Shown: positions 1 to 10,558, numbered from the stretch's first letter. The stretch: 64,000 nucleotides of DNA from a virus (IMGVR_UViG_3300018065_000012), one strand, 5' to 3'. Numbers and translations are program-made. Notes: generated by a model not told the origin, from the sequence alone.

Positions 1-11
1 GAGAAAGAAGT

Positions 12-893
12 ATGAAAGTGGTTTCTTATTATGGTCAAAAAAGGCCAACAGATTATTGGACCTTTTGGACTGAAGGAATAGGAATTGCCTTGCCAAAAGC
101 AATCGGTGATGCAACTTTGGTTCCGTTGCCCCCTGATACTATATCATATGATGTAGTAGAAGGCGATTATGATATTGCGTTTTGTCATACTTGGGCGGTC
201 CCAAAAAAAAGACCAGCAGAGTTTGTCTATTCTTTTCTGAGCGACTATGTTAACAATGAAACCAAAATAAGAGAATGGATAAAAATCGTCCAGCCTGATC
301 TGCTTTGTTGTTTACAAACTTGTCCCGAAGAATTGATTGATTTTGGGAAAGCTGTTGGATGCAGGATCGAACTTGTGCCGTGGTTTGTTTTGGAAGTCCC
401 TGACCGTTTCGAAAAAACAATTACAGCTATGTGTTCAGGGTGTGTGGGGTCAGCTTACCCTTCCCGAACTCAAATATATGATCATCTTGTTTCGATGAAC
501 CGTTCTGATTTTGTTTTATCTTGTTCTGATGATTTCGGCAATTATCGCCTTTCAAGAGAAGGGTATGAAGAAGCAGTAAGGAGGACAAAATATTATTTTA
601 GCGGAGGGATTTATGACTTGTATATACCGCCAAAATATTACGAAGTTTGCGCATATGGAGCATGTTTGGCAAGCTTCGAAATGCCTTTTATGGAAAGATG
701 CGGTTTTGTTGACGGGGAAACGTATTTGAAACTTACAAGTATAGAGGATATCGGACGGATTCTGAAAACAGATCAGTATCAAGCGATTGGGAGAAACGCG
801 CAACAGATGATTCGAGAACGTCATACGGTGGAAAAGCGTGCGAGGCAAATACGTGAGTTTGCAAGAGAAAAATTTCAAAGCATTTGCAGGTGA
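12..893 (+). CDS. glycosyltransferase-like protein (GT-B C-terminal domain pattern)
   Basis: C-terminal region resembles the GT1/GT4 donor-binding pattern (E..CAYGAC...G.TYL....EDIGRIL...YQAIG.NA...I.E.H). Context is a glycosyltransferase cluster. Confidence 0.4.
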   Translation: MKVVSYYGQKRPTDYWTFWTEGIGIALPKAIGDATLVPLPPDTISYDVVEGDYDIAFCHTWAVPKKRPAEFVYSFLSDYVNNETKIREWIKIVQPDLLCCLQTCPEELIDFGKAVGCRIELVPWFVLEVPDRFEKTITAMCSGCVGSAYPSRTQIYDHLVSMNRSDFVLSCSDDFGNYRLSREGYEEAVRRTKYYFSGGIYDLYIPPKYYEVCAYGACLASFEMPFMERCGFVDGETYLKLTSIEDIGRILKTDQYQAIGRNAQQMIRERHTVEKRARQIREFAREKFQSICR

Positions 894-1428
894 TTGGCGT
901 ATCCGTGACGAGATTCAACGACTTGTCTCAAAGTATGGCATAACTATTGTTGTCGAGACGGGGACAAATCGCGGAGCCAGCACCGTCGTACTTGCTGAAA
1001 TGGTTGATACAGTCTGCACGATAGAAATAAATGAAAAAGCGGCAAAGGAGAACCGGCATTTAGACGAACACCCAAGAATTTTTCCGTTTATTGGTAGCTC
1101 TCCTGAAATTCTGAAACAGATTTTAACGCACGTCCTTGACGGTGTACTCTTTTATCTTGATGCTCATTGGCCTTCTTATTGGCCTTTGAGAGACGAGTTG
1201 AAGGTAATAGCAGAGCGTAAGATGGACCGTTCTGTAATCTGCATTCACGATTGCCAAGTGCCGGGGAAAGACTTCGGGTTTGACGAGTACAACGGTCAAA
1301 TCCTCAACATCGAGTATGTGCAAGACTTGTTGCCTTTGATATACGAGGATGGTTACGATTACCATTACAATGAAGTCGCTGAAGGCAACAGGCGTGGCAT
1401 TGTTTACATTACACCCAAGGAAAAATGA
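838..1428 (+). CDS. putative SAM-dependent methyltransferase-like protein
   Basis: Rossmann-like stretch ITIVVETGTNRGASTVVLAEM. Start uncertain; overlaps the 3' end of the previous ORF. Confidence 0.3.
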   Translation: MRGKYVSLQEKNFKAFAGDWRIRDEIQRLVSKYGITIVVETGTNRGASTVVLAEMVDTVCTIEINEKAAKENRHLDEHPRIFPFIGSSPEILKQILTHVLDGVLFYLDAHWPSYWPLRDELKVIAERKMDRSVICIHDCQVPGKDFGFDEYNGQILNIEYVQDLLPLIYEDGYDYHYNEVAEGNRRGIVYITPKEK

Positions 1429-2159
1429 TGGATGGCGTTGTTTATGTTATCGTGGGCGAACGGGATGTAGCGCATTTTCATACATCGCTTAGACTATTGA
1501 GGCATTTCAAACCCGATTTGCCTGTTGTAGTTTATCACGATATTCCCAAGGAGCGACTTGGGATAATGTCGCACGATGTGGAATTCAAGAAGTATACGCG
1601 AATCAGTTATCCACACCGAGAGGAAAACAGGAACAGCAGCTTGTGGCGGTTAATGGCCTTGAAAAAATCGACATTTGATACAACACTCTACATCGACAAT
1701 GATGTCTATGTGGTTCACGAAGGTTTTTTTGAGGGTTTCAAGATTGCCGAACACTATGGAATTTGCATGGTACAAAACGAGCGGGCGTTTATCAAAACGT
1801 TTGAAGGCGACATGGGCGATGCTGATATTGGCGAGGATGTCTTGGATTATGACAAACAGTTTATCAACGAAATGCCTTCGTATATGACAGCAATGAATAT
1901 GGGAGTGATATTCAACCATTTTTCAAAATGGAGTTGGTTTTTAGATGCGATGATAGAGGAACAAAAAGATCATCCCTCTCGTGGACAAGCTGGGCTTTAT
2001 AGAACGATTTGGAAAACAAAAAAGATGCCTTATTGTTTGCCGATGAATTGGCTTGCTTGTGGCGCTGTGGCCGATATAAAGCGTCCTCTGTCTTTGCATG
2101 TGGGTCATGTTCCTGCAATGGAGAGATTCAATCAAGAGTTTAGAGGGAAGCTGCTGTGA
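1425..2159 (+). CDS. hypothetical protein, possible GT-A glycosyltransferase (DxD-like LYIDNDVYVV)
   Basis: ORF with overlapping stop/start; DxD-like motif; surrounded by glycan genes. Confidence 0.3.
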   Translation: MMDGVVYVIVGERDVAHFHTSLRLLRHFKPDLPVVVYHDIPKERLGIMSHDVEFKKYTRISYPHREENRNSSLWRLMALKKSTFDTTLYIDNDVYVVHEGFFEGFKIAEHYGICMVQNERAFIKTFEGDMGDADIGEDVLDYDKQFINEMPSYMTAMNMGVIFNHFSKWSWFLDAMIEEQKDHPSRGQAGLYRTIWKTKKMPYCLPMNWLACGAVADIKRPLSLHVGHVPAMERFNQEFRGKLL

Positions 2160-2887
2160 GCGTCCATGAGTTTGAAGGTTTGAAGTACGATTTGCAAGAA
2201 GGTCATTCCATAGACGATAGCTTGCTGGAGGGGAAGTGCTTTGAACCTTGGACATGGAATTGGATTAAGCAATATGTAACCAAAGAATCTGCCTGTGTTG
2301 ATGTTGGAGCAAATTTTGGATGTTTCAGTGTATTGATGGCTTCGCTTGGAAAAAAGGTGTGGTGTTTTGAACCAATGCCCATTATTGAGCGTTTGATTTG
2401 CAATATGGAATTGAATAGGTTTACGAATTATAAGGCTTGTCAGTTTGTTGTGGGAAGTGAATGCCGAGAAGTTCATGCGAATTTTCAATACAAGTGGGAT
2501 GCAGAGAGCGATACGAATGAACAAGTGCATACCACAATGATAACACTTGATGATTTTATTCAGGGCAGGGTTGATTTCCTGAAGATTGATACTGATGGAG
2601 ATGAGTTGAGAGTGATTGACGGAATGAGGCGGTGTGTTGGCTCGTATCATCCTGTTGTTGTGCAAGAGTTGGCTGTTGACACGTTTGCTTTTGATGAAAA
2701 GACATGGAGCAAAGAACGACAAGATAATACGGGCAACTGGAAAGAAATACTGGACTTCTACTTCTCATTTGGTTATGAAATCAAGGCGCAGTCATTGGGC
2801 GCGCTGGCTACAAATGCAGAGCAGTTGGTTGAGATTGCGAAAGACCCGAACATATCCAGCATTGACGTGTTACTGGTGAACGAATGA
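2156..2887 (+). CDS. FkbM-family methyltransferase
   Basis: CVDVGANFGCFSVLMASLGKKVWCFEP matches the FkbM family signature (vvDvGAniG...vyafEP). Confidence 0.6.
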   Translation: MSVHEFEGLKYDLQEGHSIDDSLLEGKCFEPWTWNWIKQYVTKESACVDVGANFGCFSVLMASLGKKVWCFEPMPIIERLICNMELNRFTNYKACQFVVGSECREVHANFQYKWDAESDTNEQVHTTMITLDDFIQGRVDFLKIDTDGDELRVIDGMRRCVGSYHPVVVQELAVDTFAFDEKTWSKERQDNTGNWKEILDFYFSFGYEIKAQSLGALATNAEQLVEIAKDPNISSIDVLLVNE

Positions 2888-4173
2888 ACGTTGTTTTGAT
2901 ATATCCAAATCAAACTGAGTTGGACGACTTGTTGAGAAAGCATCCGCATGCTGGCGTTGAATATCGCGTCAATCCGCATATTTCATTAGGAATGTTGTCG
3001 CTTGTTTCAAATATTATTGGGCATAGAGTTACATATCTTGATAACAACATTGCAAAGTTTTCAAATGGAGACTTGATAAAGTGGCTTTCAAAAGAGAGCC
3101 CAGATGTGGTTGGTTTTGGCGGAACGTTTACAGAGTGGCCTCAAGCGAGAAGGGTTTCGCAGGTTTTGAGAAATCAAGGAGTTGTTACTGTTTATGGCGG
3201 GTCAAACGCTACGGTCCGCCCAGAAAAACATATCAAGCATTTTGATTATGTTGCAAGAGGACTTGCCGAAAAATCGTTTCAACAGCTTTTGGATGAGTTA
3301 GACAAAGGGAATAAAGAAATTGGAATACCCGGTATTTGCTTTAAGGCTGGTAATTTGTCGAGCATTGAAGCCCCGGTTTACGAATTAAATTTGGATGAGT
3401 TGAACCCACCAGATCGGAGTTTTGTAGACATAACCAAGTATCGGCGTGATCTTTCTCCAATGCCGCTTCCAGAGCCTGTTGATATTGTAATGTCAACTCG
3501 CGGGTGTCCGTTTGATTGTAAATTCTGCTCATCGAAAACAATTTGGAATCGGAGACATAACAAACGTTCTGTCGACTTGGTGATAGAAGAAATCAAAGGG
3601 ATGATGGAGCAATACGGAACAAGGTCGATTCATTTTAGGGAAGATAATTTTGTTATTGACAAAAAACGTTTGATAGATATGTGTTTTGGATTGAAGCATC
3701 TCGATATCAAATGGATTTGTCAAATGCGCATTGATAGCGTTGATGAGACAATGTTGCGTATGATGAAAGATTCTGGTTGCGTTGGCGTTACTTGCGGGTT
3801 TGAAAGCGCAAATGATTCGACATTGGAATATATTAGGAAGGGATTCCGGACTAAGGATATAAGGGAAGCGATCGATACATTTGGACGGGTTGGTCTTTAT
3901 TGGCTTGGCGGTTTTATGGTGGGCGTATTGAACGAAGGAGAGAAAGAGATTATCAGAACCCTTACATATGCGAGGGAGATAGGAAAAAAGCCGTATTCCC
4001 TTCAGCAGTTGGGAGCAATGCGCTTTGTTGGAATTCCAGTTTCTGAGACATATCGGGAGATGATTTCGAGTAATCTTGTAGAATATGATTGGCAAGACGG
4101 TGAGTTGCTTGTTTCGGGAACGCATAAATTGACGGCAAAGGAAGTTGATTCTTTGATGATCAAGTGTTCATAG
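2884..4173 (+). CDS. B12-binding-domain radical SAM protein (class B-like)
   Basis: N-terminal B12-binding-like Rossmann region (VVGFGGTFTEWPQARRV) followed by STRGCPFDCKFCSS (CxxxCxxC). Ends with TAG. Confidence 0.65.
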   Translation: MNVVLIYPNQTELDDLLRKHPHAGVEYRVNPHISLGMLSLVSNIIGHRVTYLDNNIAKFSNGDLIKWLSKESPDVVGFGGTFTEWPQARRVSQVLRNQGVVTVYGGSNATVRPEKHIKHFDYVARGLAEKSFQQLLDELDKGNKEIGIPGICFKAGNLSSIEAPVYELNLDELNPPDRSFVDITKYRRDLSPMPLPEPVDIVMSTRGCPFDCKFCSSKTIWNRRHNKRSVDLVIEEIKGMMEQYGTRSIHFREDNFVIDKKRLIDMCFGLKHLDIKWICQMRIDSVDETMLRMMKDSGCVGVTCGFESANDSTLEYIRKGFRTKDIREAIDTFGRVGLYWLGGFMVGVLNEGEKEIIRTLTYAREIGKKPYSLQQLGAMRFVGIPVSETYREMISSNLVEYDWQDGELLVSGTHKLTAKEVDSLMIKCS

Positions 4174-4181
4174 GAAATACG

Positions 4182-4784
4182 ATGCAGAAAAGAGAACAAA
4201 CAAGTTACGAAAGCTATATTGCAAAACAGATTGAAAAGACGAGCAATCCAAGCGTTATACAAGCACTTCAGAATGACGCTGATGTCCGCTTCTTGCGATT
4301 CAAAGAATATTTTGAAGCGTGTGGTTTGTTGGAATTTATGCCGCCAGCGCCAGATTCATTCGTTTTGTGTTTGGGGGCAAGATTAGGCGGAGAAGTTCGG
4401 GCGTTGCGAGAACTTGGTTATGAAAGATCAATTGGCGTTGACTTGCATCCACTTTCGGATTTGGTGGAAGTGGGCGACTTCCAAAATCTCAAATATGATG
4501 ACTGTTCTTTCAATGGGGTGTATAGCAATTCGTTAGACCATTGCTATGATTTGAAGACTGTTTTGTCCGAGGCAGAAAGGGTGCTTAAGCCTGAAGGGAT
4601 AATGATATTCAATTTGGGTATGAGGGCAGGAATGGGAGAGTACGAGACAATCATTATCGAATCGCCAGAAGAAGTAACGAAGCGCTTACCAAATTGCGAC
4701 GTTTTGCGTTCTGTCGCGAAACACTTCAATCTTCACGAACACGGTGGCTTGAACTTTGAAATGGTGTTAAGGAAGCAAGCATGA
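4182..4784 (+). CDS. class I SAM-dependent methyltransferase
   Basis: Motif I-like CLGARLGGEVRALRELGYERSIGVDL and motif post-I/II; LKPEGIMIF. Confidence 0.5.
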   Translation: MQKREQTSYESYIAKQIEKTSNPSVIQALQNDADVRFLRFKEYFEACGLLEFMPPAPDSFVLCLGARLGGEVRALRELGYERSIGVDLHPLSDLVEVGDFQNLKYDDCSFNGVYSNSLDHCYDLKTVLSEAERVLKPEGIMIFNLGMRAGMGEYETIIIESPEEVTKRLPNCDVLRSVAKHFNLHEHGGLNFEMVLRKQA

Positions 4785-5401
4785 ATGTGTTAGTGCGTGA
4801 CAAGAAAGTTCTCATGCTGTTTGCACATCCAGATGACGAAATCATTTGTGGTTGGCCTGTGTTACAACAGAAGGATGTTGAGAAAATTGTTCTTATCTGT
4901 TCAAATGATGCAAATAATCCCGAAAGAGAGTGGTGCAAACATCGAGGCGCGGCACTTCACGAATTGATGCATGCTTTAGATATTCCTTATATCTGTCTTG
5001 ATTTCAATTCGGGTTTTTATAGAATGCCCACAAGACCCAAACCAGAGTTGTCAGAAACGTTGCGGTGTATAAGGGATGAAGCCAGCGCTGTGGACTGTGA
5101 TATGATTTTCACGCACAATCCAATGGGCGAGTATGGACACGTTGACCATGTATTGATTCATCAGTTGGCGATGACCCTTGGGAAACCCGTGCTTGTGACG
5201 GACATGTTCGTACCGATGAATTGGGTTCCATATCAAAAGTTTGGAAACGGGTTTGAGCGTATGTATGGAAGGTCTGCTCATTGCGGAACAGAAGTGAGCG
5301 ATTTGGCTTTCTACCAAAAGTGTGAAAATGTTTACCGTAAGCACAACGTATGGACGTGGTGTAAACTGCCAGTACCTAAATGCGAGTTGTACATGCTATG
5401 A
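4781..5401 (+). CDS. PIG-L/LmbE-family N-acetylglucosaminyl deacetylase
   Basis: LMLFAHPDDEIICG matches the AHPDDE signature of LmbE/PIG-L deacetylases. Confidence 0.6.
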   Translation: MNVLVRDKKVLMLFAHPDDEIICGWPVLQQKDVEKIVLICSNDANNPEREWCKHRGAALHELMHALDIPYICLDFNSGFYRMPTRPKPELSETLRCIRDEASAVDCDMIFTHNPMGEYGHVDHVLIHQLAMTLGKPVLVTDMFVPMNWVPYQKFGNGFERMYGRSAHCGTEVSDLAFYQKCENVYRKHNVWTWCKLPVPKCELYML

Positions 5402-6261
5402 AAATCTTAGTCATTGTCGATGAATACGGTTGGGCTTTTTCTTTTTTTGCTCGTGGATGGAAAGACTATTCGCGCCATCAGATCGAGTATTTGAGAGTGG
5501 ATAAGGTAAGTCCAGAAACTTTGGAAAAGTTTGATGCGTTTTTCACGATGAACTCAAAGCAATATGATAATTGTCTCAACAAACCGCCTTTGAACAGGAC
5601 AATTTGCGGGTTGCGATCACCCTTCAAAGAATGGGAACAAGCGCGGCCTCATGATTTTATTGCAGTTGTAACAAATTCAAAAGAACTTCAAGAAGATACC
5701 TTGAAGGAACACACTAACGACAAAGAAAAGATTTTGTATATACGTGGCGCTATTGATGGGAACATCTTTACATACAGCCCAAAACTTGGAGACAAAGTTG
5801 GGTGGAGCGGAAACAGAACGCATGCAAAACGTTATCATTTGTTGAAGTGTCTTTGGTATCCAGTAGAGGAAAAATCAGATTGGAGCAGAGAATTTTTCAA
5901 GCGCGGTAGGACTCGCGACGATCAAGTTGCATTTTTGCGCTCTCTTAACTGTTATGTTCACCCTTCTATGAATGAAGCGATGAGTCAATCAATTATGGAA
6001 GCAGTTGCTTGCGGTATTCCCGTTGTAGCTACAAACGTGGGCGATTCAAAATATCTGATAGAAGAAGAATGGCTTGTTCCGCCATATCCAGAAGAGGAAT
6101 GTGTAAGACAAATGAATGAAAGGATAATGATGTTGATGACTGATTCAGAGTTGGCTCATTTTGTCGGGAGAAAGAACAGGGAACGATTTGATAAAGAAGG
6201 TTGGTGTTGGTCAAAACGTGCAAAAGAATACGATGACTTGTTTGATAGGTTCTTTGGCTAA
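5398..6261 (+). CDS. glycosyltransferase family 4-like
   Basis: C-terminal EAMSQSIMEAVACGIPVVATNVGDS is the typical GT4 E..G..EA.A.G.PVV motif. Confidence 0.5.
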   Translation: MKILVIVDEYGWAFSFFARGWKDYSRHQIEYLRVDKVSPETLEKFDAFFTMNSKQYDNCLNKPPLNRTICGLRSPFKEWEQARPHDFIAVVTNSKELQEDTLKEHTNDKEKILYIRGAIDGNIFTYSPKLGDKVGWSGNRTHAKRYHLLKCLWYPVEEKSDWSREFFKRGRTRDDQVAFLRSLNCYVHPSMNEAMSQSIMEAVACGIPVVATNVGDSKYLIEEEWLVPPYPEEECVRQMNERIMMLMTDSELAHFVGRKNRERFDKEGWCWSKRAKEYDDLFDRFFG

Positions 6262-6914
6262 TGGAACAGCATTTTCCAGATTCAATTTTCATATTGGCTT
6301 GTGGTCCATCGCTCGCAGAATGTAATGTGAGCAAGTTAAAGAACTGTAACACGATGGCAATAAAGCGTGCTTATATTGCTTTTGATGATTGGGGGTTTGA
6401 GCCAACATATTATGCAAACTTGGACATGTTATCTCAAAAGGAAAAGAAAGAAGAAATAATTGCGATGATTAGGAAGTATCAGAACATCAAACAATTTTTC
6501 TTTCCTTATCACGAGACAGTTGAGGAGTTCAAATTTGATCCAAGGGTTACGATAGTTGGAAACGTTGAAAGCAATCCAGTCAGGGTCAATTTAGACCTTC
6601 AGCGCTTGTATACCGCCAATAGTGGTTTGTTTGGCGTACAAGCGTCTGTTGCTATCCTCGGGTTTAGGAAAGTGTTTCTTTTGGGATGTGACGCAAGATA
6701 TAGCGACTCAATAAAAGAAAATCACTTCCGTTCCGATTATTGGGATGAGCGGAAACATAACCCACCGGGAGAATATCATTTGCCTGCTTGGAAACTTTTC
6801 TTTCGGAAGTATGTAAAAGGAAAATCGTTGAAAGTGTTTAATTGTGCGAGAAATGGTGCCTTGCAATTTTACGAGTATTGTGATTTCAATAAACTTGTTG
6901 AGCGACTTCCATGA
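6261..6914 (+). CDS. DUF115 / Maf (MptE-like) family protein
   Basis: IFILACGPSLAECNV ... FDDWGFEPTYYANLD resembles the GPSL ... D motifs of motility-accessory-factor/DUF115 proteins linked to flagellin/nonulosonic-acid glycosylation. Confidence 0.4.
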   Translation: MEQHFPDSIFILACGPSLAECNVSKLKNCNTMAIKRAYIAFDDWGFEPTYYANLDMLSQKEKKEEIIAMIRKYQNIKQFFFPYHETVEEFKFDPRVTIVGNVESNPVRVNLDLQRLYTANSGLFGVQASVAILGFRKVFLLGCDARYSDSIKENHFRSDYWDERKHNPPGEYHLPAWKLFFRKYVKGKSLKVFNCARNGALQFYEYCDFNKLVERLP

Positions 6915-7834
6915 AAATTACTGAACGCGTAGACAAACACACACATGTTCCAAAGGAAAAGCTTGTTTCAAAACCGCCTTTTCCTGACGCAATCAAAATT
7001 GAGGTTACGGCGAGATGTAATCTCAATTGTTCCTATTGTGCAACTAAAAAAGACTTGCGTGCAGTAGGTGATATGGATGAAGACTTTCTTTACAGAATTT
7101 TGCTCGAAGCCAAGCAAGCTGGAGTAAAAGAAATTGGGTTGTTCTTGTTGGGAGAACCATTTCTATTAAAGAAGCTTCCAGAGTATATTCGCTATACAAA
7201 GGAAGTTGCTAAGATAGATTATGTTTTCATTACAACCAATGGCGCTCTTTGTACGCCTGAAAAGCTTACTCCTGTAATGGATGCCGGTTTAGACAGCTTG
7301 AAAATTTCTATCAATGCTGGAAATCGTGAACGGTACAAAGAATTACATGGAGTTGATTGTTTTGATAAGGTGATTTCAAATGTAAAGTGGTTGAGTGAGA
7401 ACAAGCCGAATTCGTTGCGCACGTGTGTAAGCGCAATATTTATTGAGCAATTCAGGGATGAGTTAGAACAACTTAAAAAATTTATTCTTCAGTATGTTGA
7501 TGAATTTTATTATCTTCCGTTGTATAATCAAGCAGGACATGTTGGAAAACGCTTTCCAACTAAAATCGTTGGAAATCCCGGAAGGTATGAAAACATGGTT
7601 CCACCAATTCCCTGCTGGGGGTTGTTTAACTCAGCAAAGATTTCTTGGGATGGTTGGTTGACTGCTTGCTATTTTGATCACGATACGCAGTTTGAGATCG
7701 CCAACTTGAAAGATTTCACTTTGCTTGAAGCATGGAATCATCCGAAATTCGTGAAGTTGCGATTGCAACATCTCAACAATAATTTGGCTGATTCGCTTTG
7801 TGCTGCTTGCTTGGGTATGCCGAATAATGAATGA
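6911..7834 (+). CDS. radical SAM protein with SPASM-like C-terminal Cys cluster
   Basis: EVTARCNLNCSYCA (CxxxCxxC), GLFLLGEPFL and a C-terminal Cys-rich segment CWGLFNSAKISWDGWLTACYFD. Confidence 0.6.
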   Translation: MKITERVDKHTHVPKEKLVSKPPFPDAIKIEVTARCNLNCSYCATKKDLRAVGDMDEDFLYRILLEAKQAGVKEIGLFLLGEPFLLKKLPEYIRYTKEVAKIDYVFITTNGALCTPEKLTPVMDAGLDSLKISINAGNRERYKELHGVDCFDKVISNVKWLSENKPNSLRTCVSAIFIEQFRDELEQLKKFILQYVDEFYYLPLYNQAGHVGKRFPTKIVGNPGRYENMVPPIPCWGLFNSAKISWDGWLTACYFDHDTQFEIANLKDFTLLEAWNHPKFVKLRLQHLNNNLADSLCAACLGMPNNE

Positions 7835-8612
7835 TTTGAAAGACGTCACGTTTACTATTCCCATACGCGTAGATATGCGCGAAAGGGGAATTTGTCTTCA
7901 CGTTGTTGTTGGCTGCTTGTTACATTATTTTGATACAAATATAATCATTTTGGAGGACGACAAGGAACAAAAGGTTCCAAAATACTTACCAAAAGATTTG
8001 CTTGATCGTTGTAATTATATATTTGTCAAAACTGACAATGAATTGTTTCACCGGACTCGTTGGTTGAATGAAATGGCAAAGGCAGCAACAACGCCAATTG
8101 TTGTGAACCAAGATGGAGATTTGGCTTGTAAGCCGGAATTTCTCTTACGATCAGCTAACGTAATCAGAAATGGAGAATGTAAGTTTTCAATTCCTTATGA
8201 AAGGAACGTGCATTTTTATCATGGTGGTACTGAGAAAAGATTTATAAATAGCGGGTTTGATTTTGAGATGTTGAAGAAAGAGCGTCGTGCAAATACGGGA
8301 CAAGGACAAGTAGGTGGTATAGTTTTTAGCGACCAGCAAACATACTTTGAAATAGGAATGGAAAATGAGAATTTTGTGTCATGGGGTTTTGAGGATGATG
8401 AAAGGATGCACAGAATGGTGGCTTTGGGCTATCCGCCAAAGCGAATAACAGGCGGGGAGCTTTATCATTTTCATCACGGGCGAAATATAAATTCTGATTA
8501 CTCAAATCCTAATTTGAAGAAAAATATAGCAGAACGTAACAAGATTTTAGGGATGAAGATGGATGAGCTAAAAACATATGTTCAGACTTGGCCATGGATA
8601 CAGCAAGGGTGA
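7827..8612 (+). CDS. GT-A glycosyltransferase, beta-1,4-galactosyltransferase-like
   Basis: SWGFEDDERMHRMVALGY resembles the WGWGGEDDD motif of the galactosyltransferase C-terminal domain. Confidence 0.45.
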   Translation: MNDLKDVTFTIPIRVDMRERGICLHVVVGCLLHYFDTNIIILEDDKEQKVPKYLPKDLLDRCNYIFVKTDNELFHRTRWLNEMAKAATTPIVVNQDGDLACKPEFLLRSANVIRNGECKFSIPYERNVHFYHGGTEKRFINSGFDFEMLKKERRANTGQGQVGGIVFSDQQTYFEIGMENENFVSWGFEDDERMHRMVALGYPPKRITGGELYHFHHGRNINSDYSNPNLKKNIAERNKILGMKMDELKTYVQTWPWIQQG

Positions 8613-8616
8613 ACTC

Positions 8617-8874
8617 ATGTCAGAGTTGGTTAAAAAAGTTGGCGTCAAAAAAGAAAAAGGCTATTTGTATTTTGTTGATAGCGATGGCGATATATCACGA
8701 GCAAAGATGGTCCGCAGAGGCTCAATAGTGCCCGTTGATCCACCGGAAAAAGTGATAAGTGGGGTAGGGGTCAAGAGAGAACCGAATTGGAATTATTTCG
8801 TCGACAAAGAAGGTCATATTTCCCGCTCACCTTCACGCAGAAGAAGGATTGACAAAATGGAGAAAGAGAAATGA
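8617..8874 (+). CDS. hypothetical protein with internal duplicated motif YFVDxDGxISR
   Basis: KGYLYFVDSDGDISRAKM and NWNYFVDKEGHISRS repeats within 85 aa. Confidence 0.35.
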   Translation: MSELVKKVGVKKEKGYLYFVDSDGDISRAKMVRRGSIVPVDPPEKVISGVGVKREPNWNYFVDKEGHISRSPSRRRRIDKMEKEK

Positions 8875-9668
8875 GCGGATTGTTAGCTGGGATAGGGAAG
8901 ATTTTTAACGGTGTCAAATATGATTTTCCCTTGGAGGCTTGCATCGCTTCTGTTTTGGAAGGGGCAGATGAATTTGTTTTGACCGTTTGTACAGACTCAG
9001 AAGACAACACTCATGAGTATTGCGTTGAACTTCAAAAGAAGTTTAACGGCAGGTTGAAAATCCTTTTGGATGTTTGGAGAGAAACGCCTGCTGAGAACTA
9101 TACCAACATGACGCGTCTTGCAAACAAAGCAATTGATGCTTCTAATTGTGATTGGTTTTGGTCAATTGACATGGATGAAATTGTTCCAACGGGGGAAGCA
9201 AATAAGCTTGCTCATTTTTTGCGTCATCAACCAATAGGCGTCACGTGCGCAATGGTGAATTTCAATCATTTATATATCGACTTGGAACACAAGATTCTTG
9301 GAAAACTGTATGACAAAATTCACCGCGTCGCAAAAGCTGGGTTTGGCTGGCGCAGCGGAATGGATGGTTGTGGATTAGGCGGTGGAAGTGGCAGAACCGT
9401 TAGCGCACCTGTGGTTGTTAATCATTACGGGTTTGTTCGTGACATGATAATAATGATTGAAAAAGAGAGCCGTTTCCAATCAGAATTGTTTCATAGTGGT
9501 GTTCCGGGTTTGCCAGATCAGCGTTTGATTGATTTCAAAAGAAAAACTCCAGAGTCGAAAAAGGCATTCTATGATGCGTTTGTAAGTCCAAACGATACGG
9601 TCATTCCTTACGACGGCCCACCGCATCATCCGCTTGCAATTCAAAAATATGGAGACGCTGTCTCATGA
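8871..9668 (+). CDS. glycosyltransferase family 2-like (GT-A)
   Basis: N-terminal ADEFVLTVCTDSEDNT and DxD-like SIDMDEIV. Confidence 0.4.
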   Translation: MSGLLAGIGKIFNGVKYDFPLEACIASVLEGADEFVLTVCTDSEDNTHEYCVELQKKFNGRLKILLDVWRETPAENYTNMTRLANKAIDASNCDWFWSIDMDEIVPTGEANKLAHFLRHQPIGVTCAMVNFNHLYIDLEHKILGKLYDKIHRVAKAGFGWRSGMDGCGLGGGSGRTVSAPVVVNHYGFVRDMIIMIEKESRFQSELFHSGVPGLPDQRLIDFKRKTPESKKAFYDAFVSPNDTVIPYDGPPHHPLAIQKYGDAVS

Positions 9669-10558
9669 TCGTCGTACGAAAGGGAGCGCTTGGAGATATT
9701 TTGATGACCACGCCAGCATTCCGAGAACTGAGGCGCAGGAATCCAAATATGTACATTGGCGTCAGAACGTTGTTCCCCGACGTTTTTGCAAACAGTCCTT
9801 ATGTCGACGAAGCGTCTGTGCGTTTGGACAGGAACAACGAAAGAAAACTCAAACTGGACGCGGAATATGAAAAGGACTTCAACCGTCATCCTGCTCATGT
9901 TTATGCAAAAGCAATCGTAGGAGATTGTGAATTTGATTGGTGGAATCTTGAACTTTTTCCAACAGAAAAAGAGCGGCTATATGTTGATGAGTGGTGGAAT
10001 AAAAACGTAAAAGACGCTTGGCCCGTAGTCGTCCTTCATTATGGGATTACATGGGTTAAATTACAATCGGCTGAAATGGAAAAATTGATACAAGCTTTGA
10101 CAAAAGAATTCAAAGTCATTCTTGTTGGAAGAAAAACCCGGAGCAAAGAATATTACCCACAATTTCGTGAAGGCGTTTTGGACTTGGTAGATGCTGAGTG
10201 GAGCATTCACAAGTTGAATTGGTTGATCCAAAAAGCCAATATGTTTGTTGGTACGGATACAGGCGTGATGCATATTGCAGCAACGACAACGACGCCGATT
10301 GTTTGCTGTTATGGTTTTGTGAATCCAGAGTTCAGAAAACCATTCAGACAGAAAATTCCTTTTGAATCTGTTGTAGGCGACATGAGCGGTTGTAATATCC
10401 CTTTCTGCGCAGAAGGGAATAAGATTAAATGTCCAAATGGAGACTTTGGCGGTGTGCGGTGCAAAAGGGATTACGCCTGTGCAAAGAGTATTACTGCTGA
10501 AATGATTTTGGAGAAAGTCAACAAAATCAAAGCAGACATTATGAAAGGTCAACAATGA
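9665..10558 (+). CDS. glycosyltransferase family 9 (heptosyltransferase-like)
   Basis: MIVVRKGALGDILMTTPAFRELRRRNP matches the GT9 N-terminal signature (i.r.salGDvl.t.Pal..lk...P). Confidence 0.55.
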   Translation: MIVVRKGALGDILMTTPAFRELRRRNPNMYIGVRTLFPDVFANSPYVDEASVRLDRNNERKLKLDAEYEKDFNRHPAHVYAKAIVGDCEFDWWNLELFPTEKERLYVDEWWNKNVKDAWPVVVLHYGITWVKLQSAEMEKLIQALTKEFKVILVGRKTRSKEYYPQFREGVLDLVDAEWSIHKLNWLIQKANMFVGTDTGVMHIAATTTTPIVCCYGFVNPEFRKPFRQKIPFESVVGDMSGCNIPFCAEGNKIKCPNGDFGGVRCKRDYACAKSITAEMILEKVNKIKADIMKGQQ

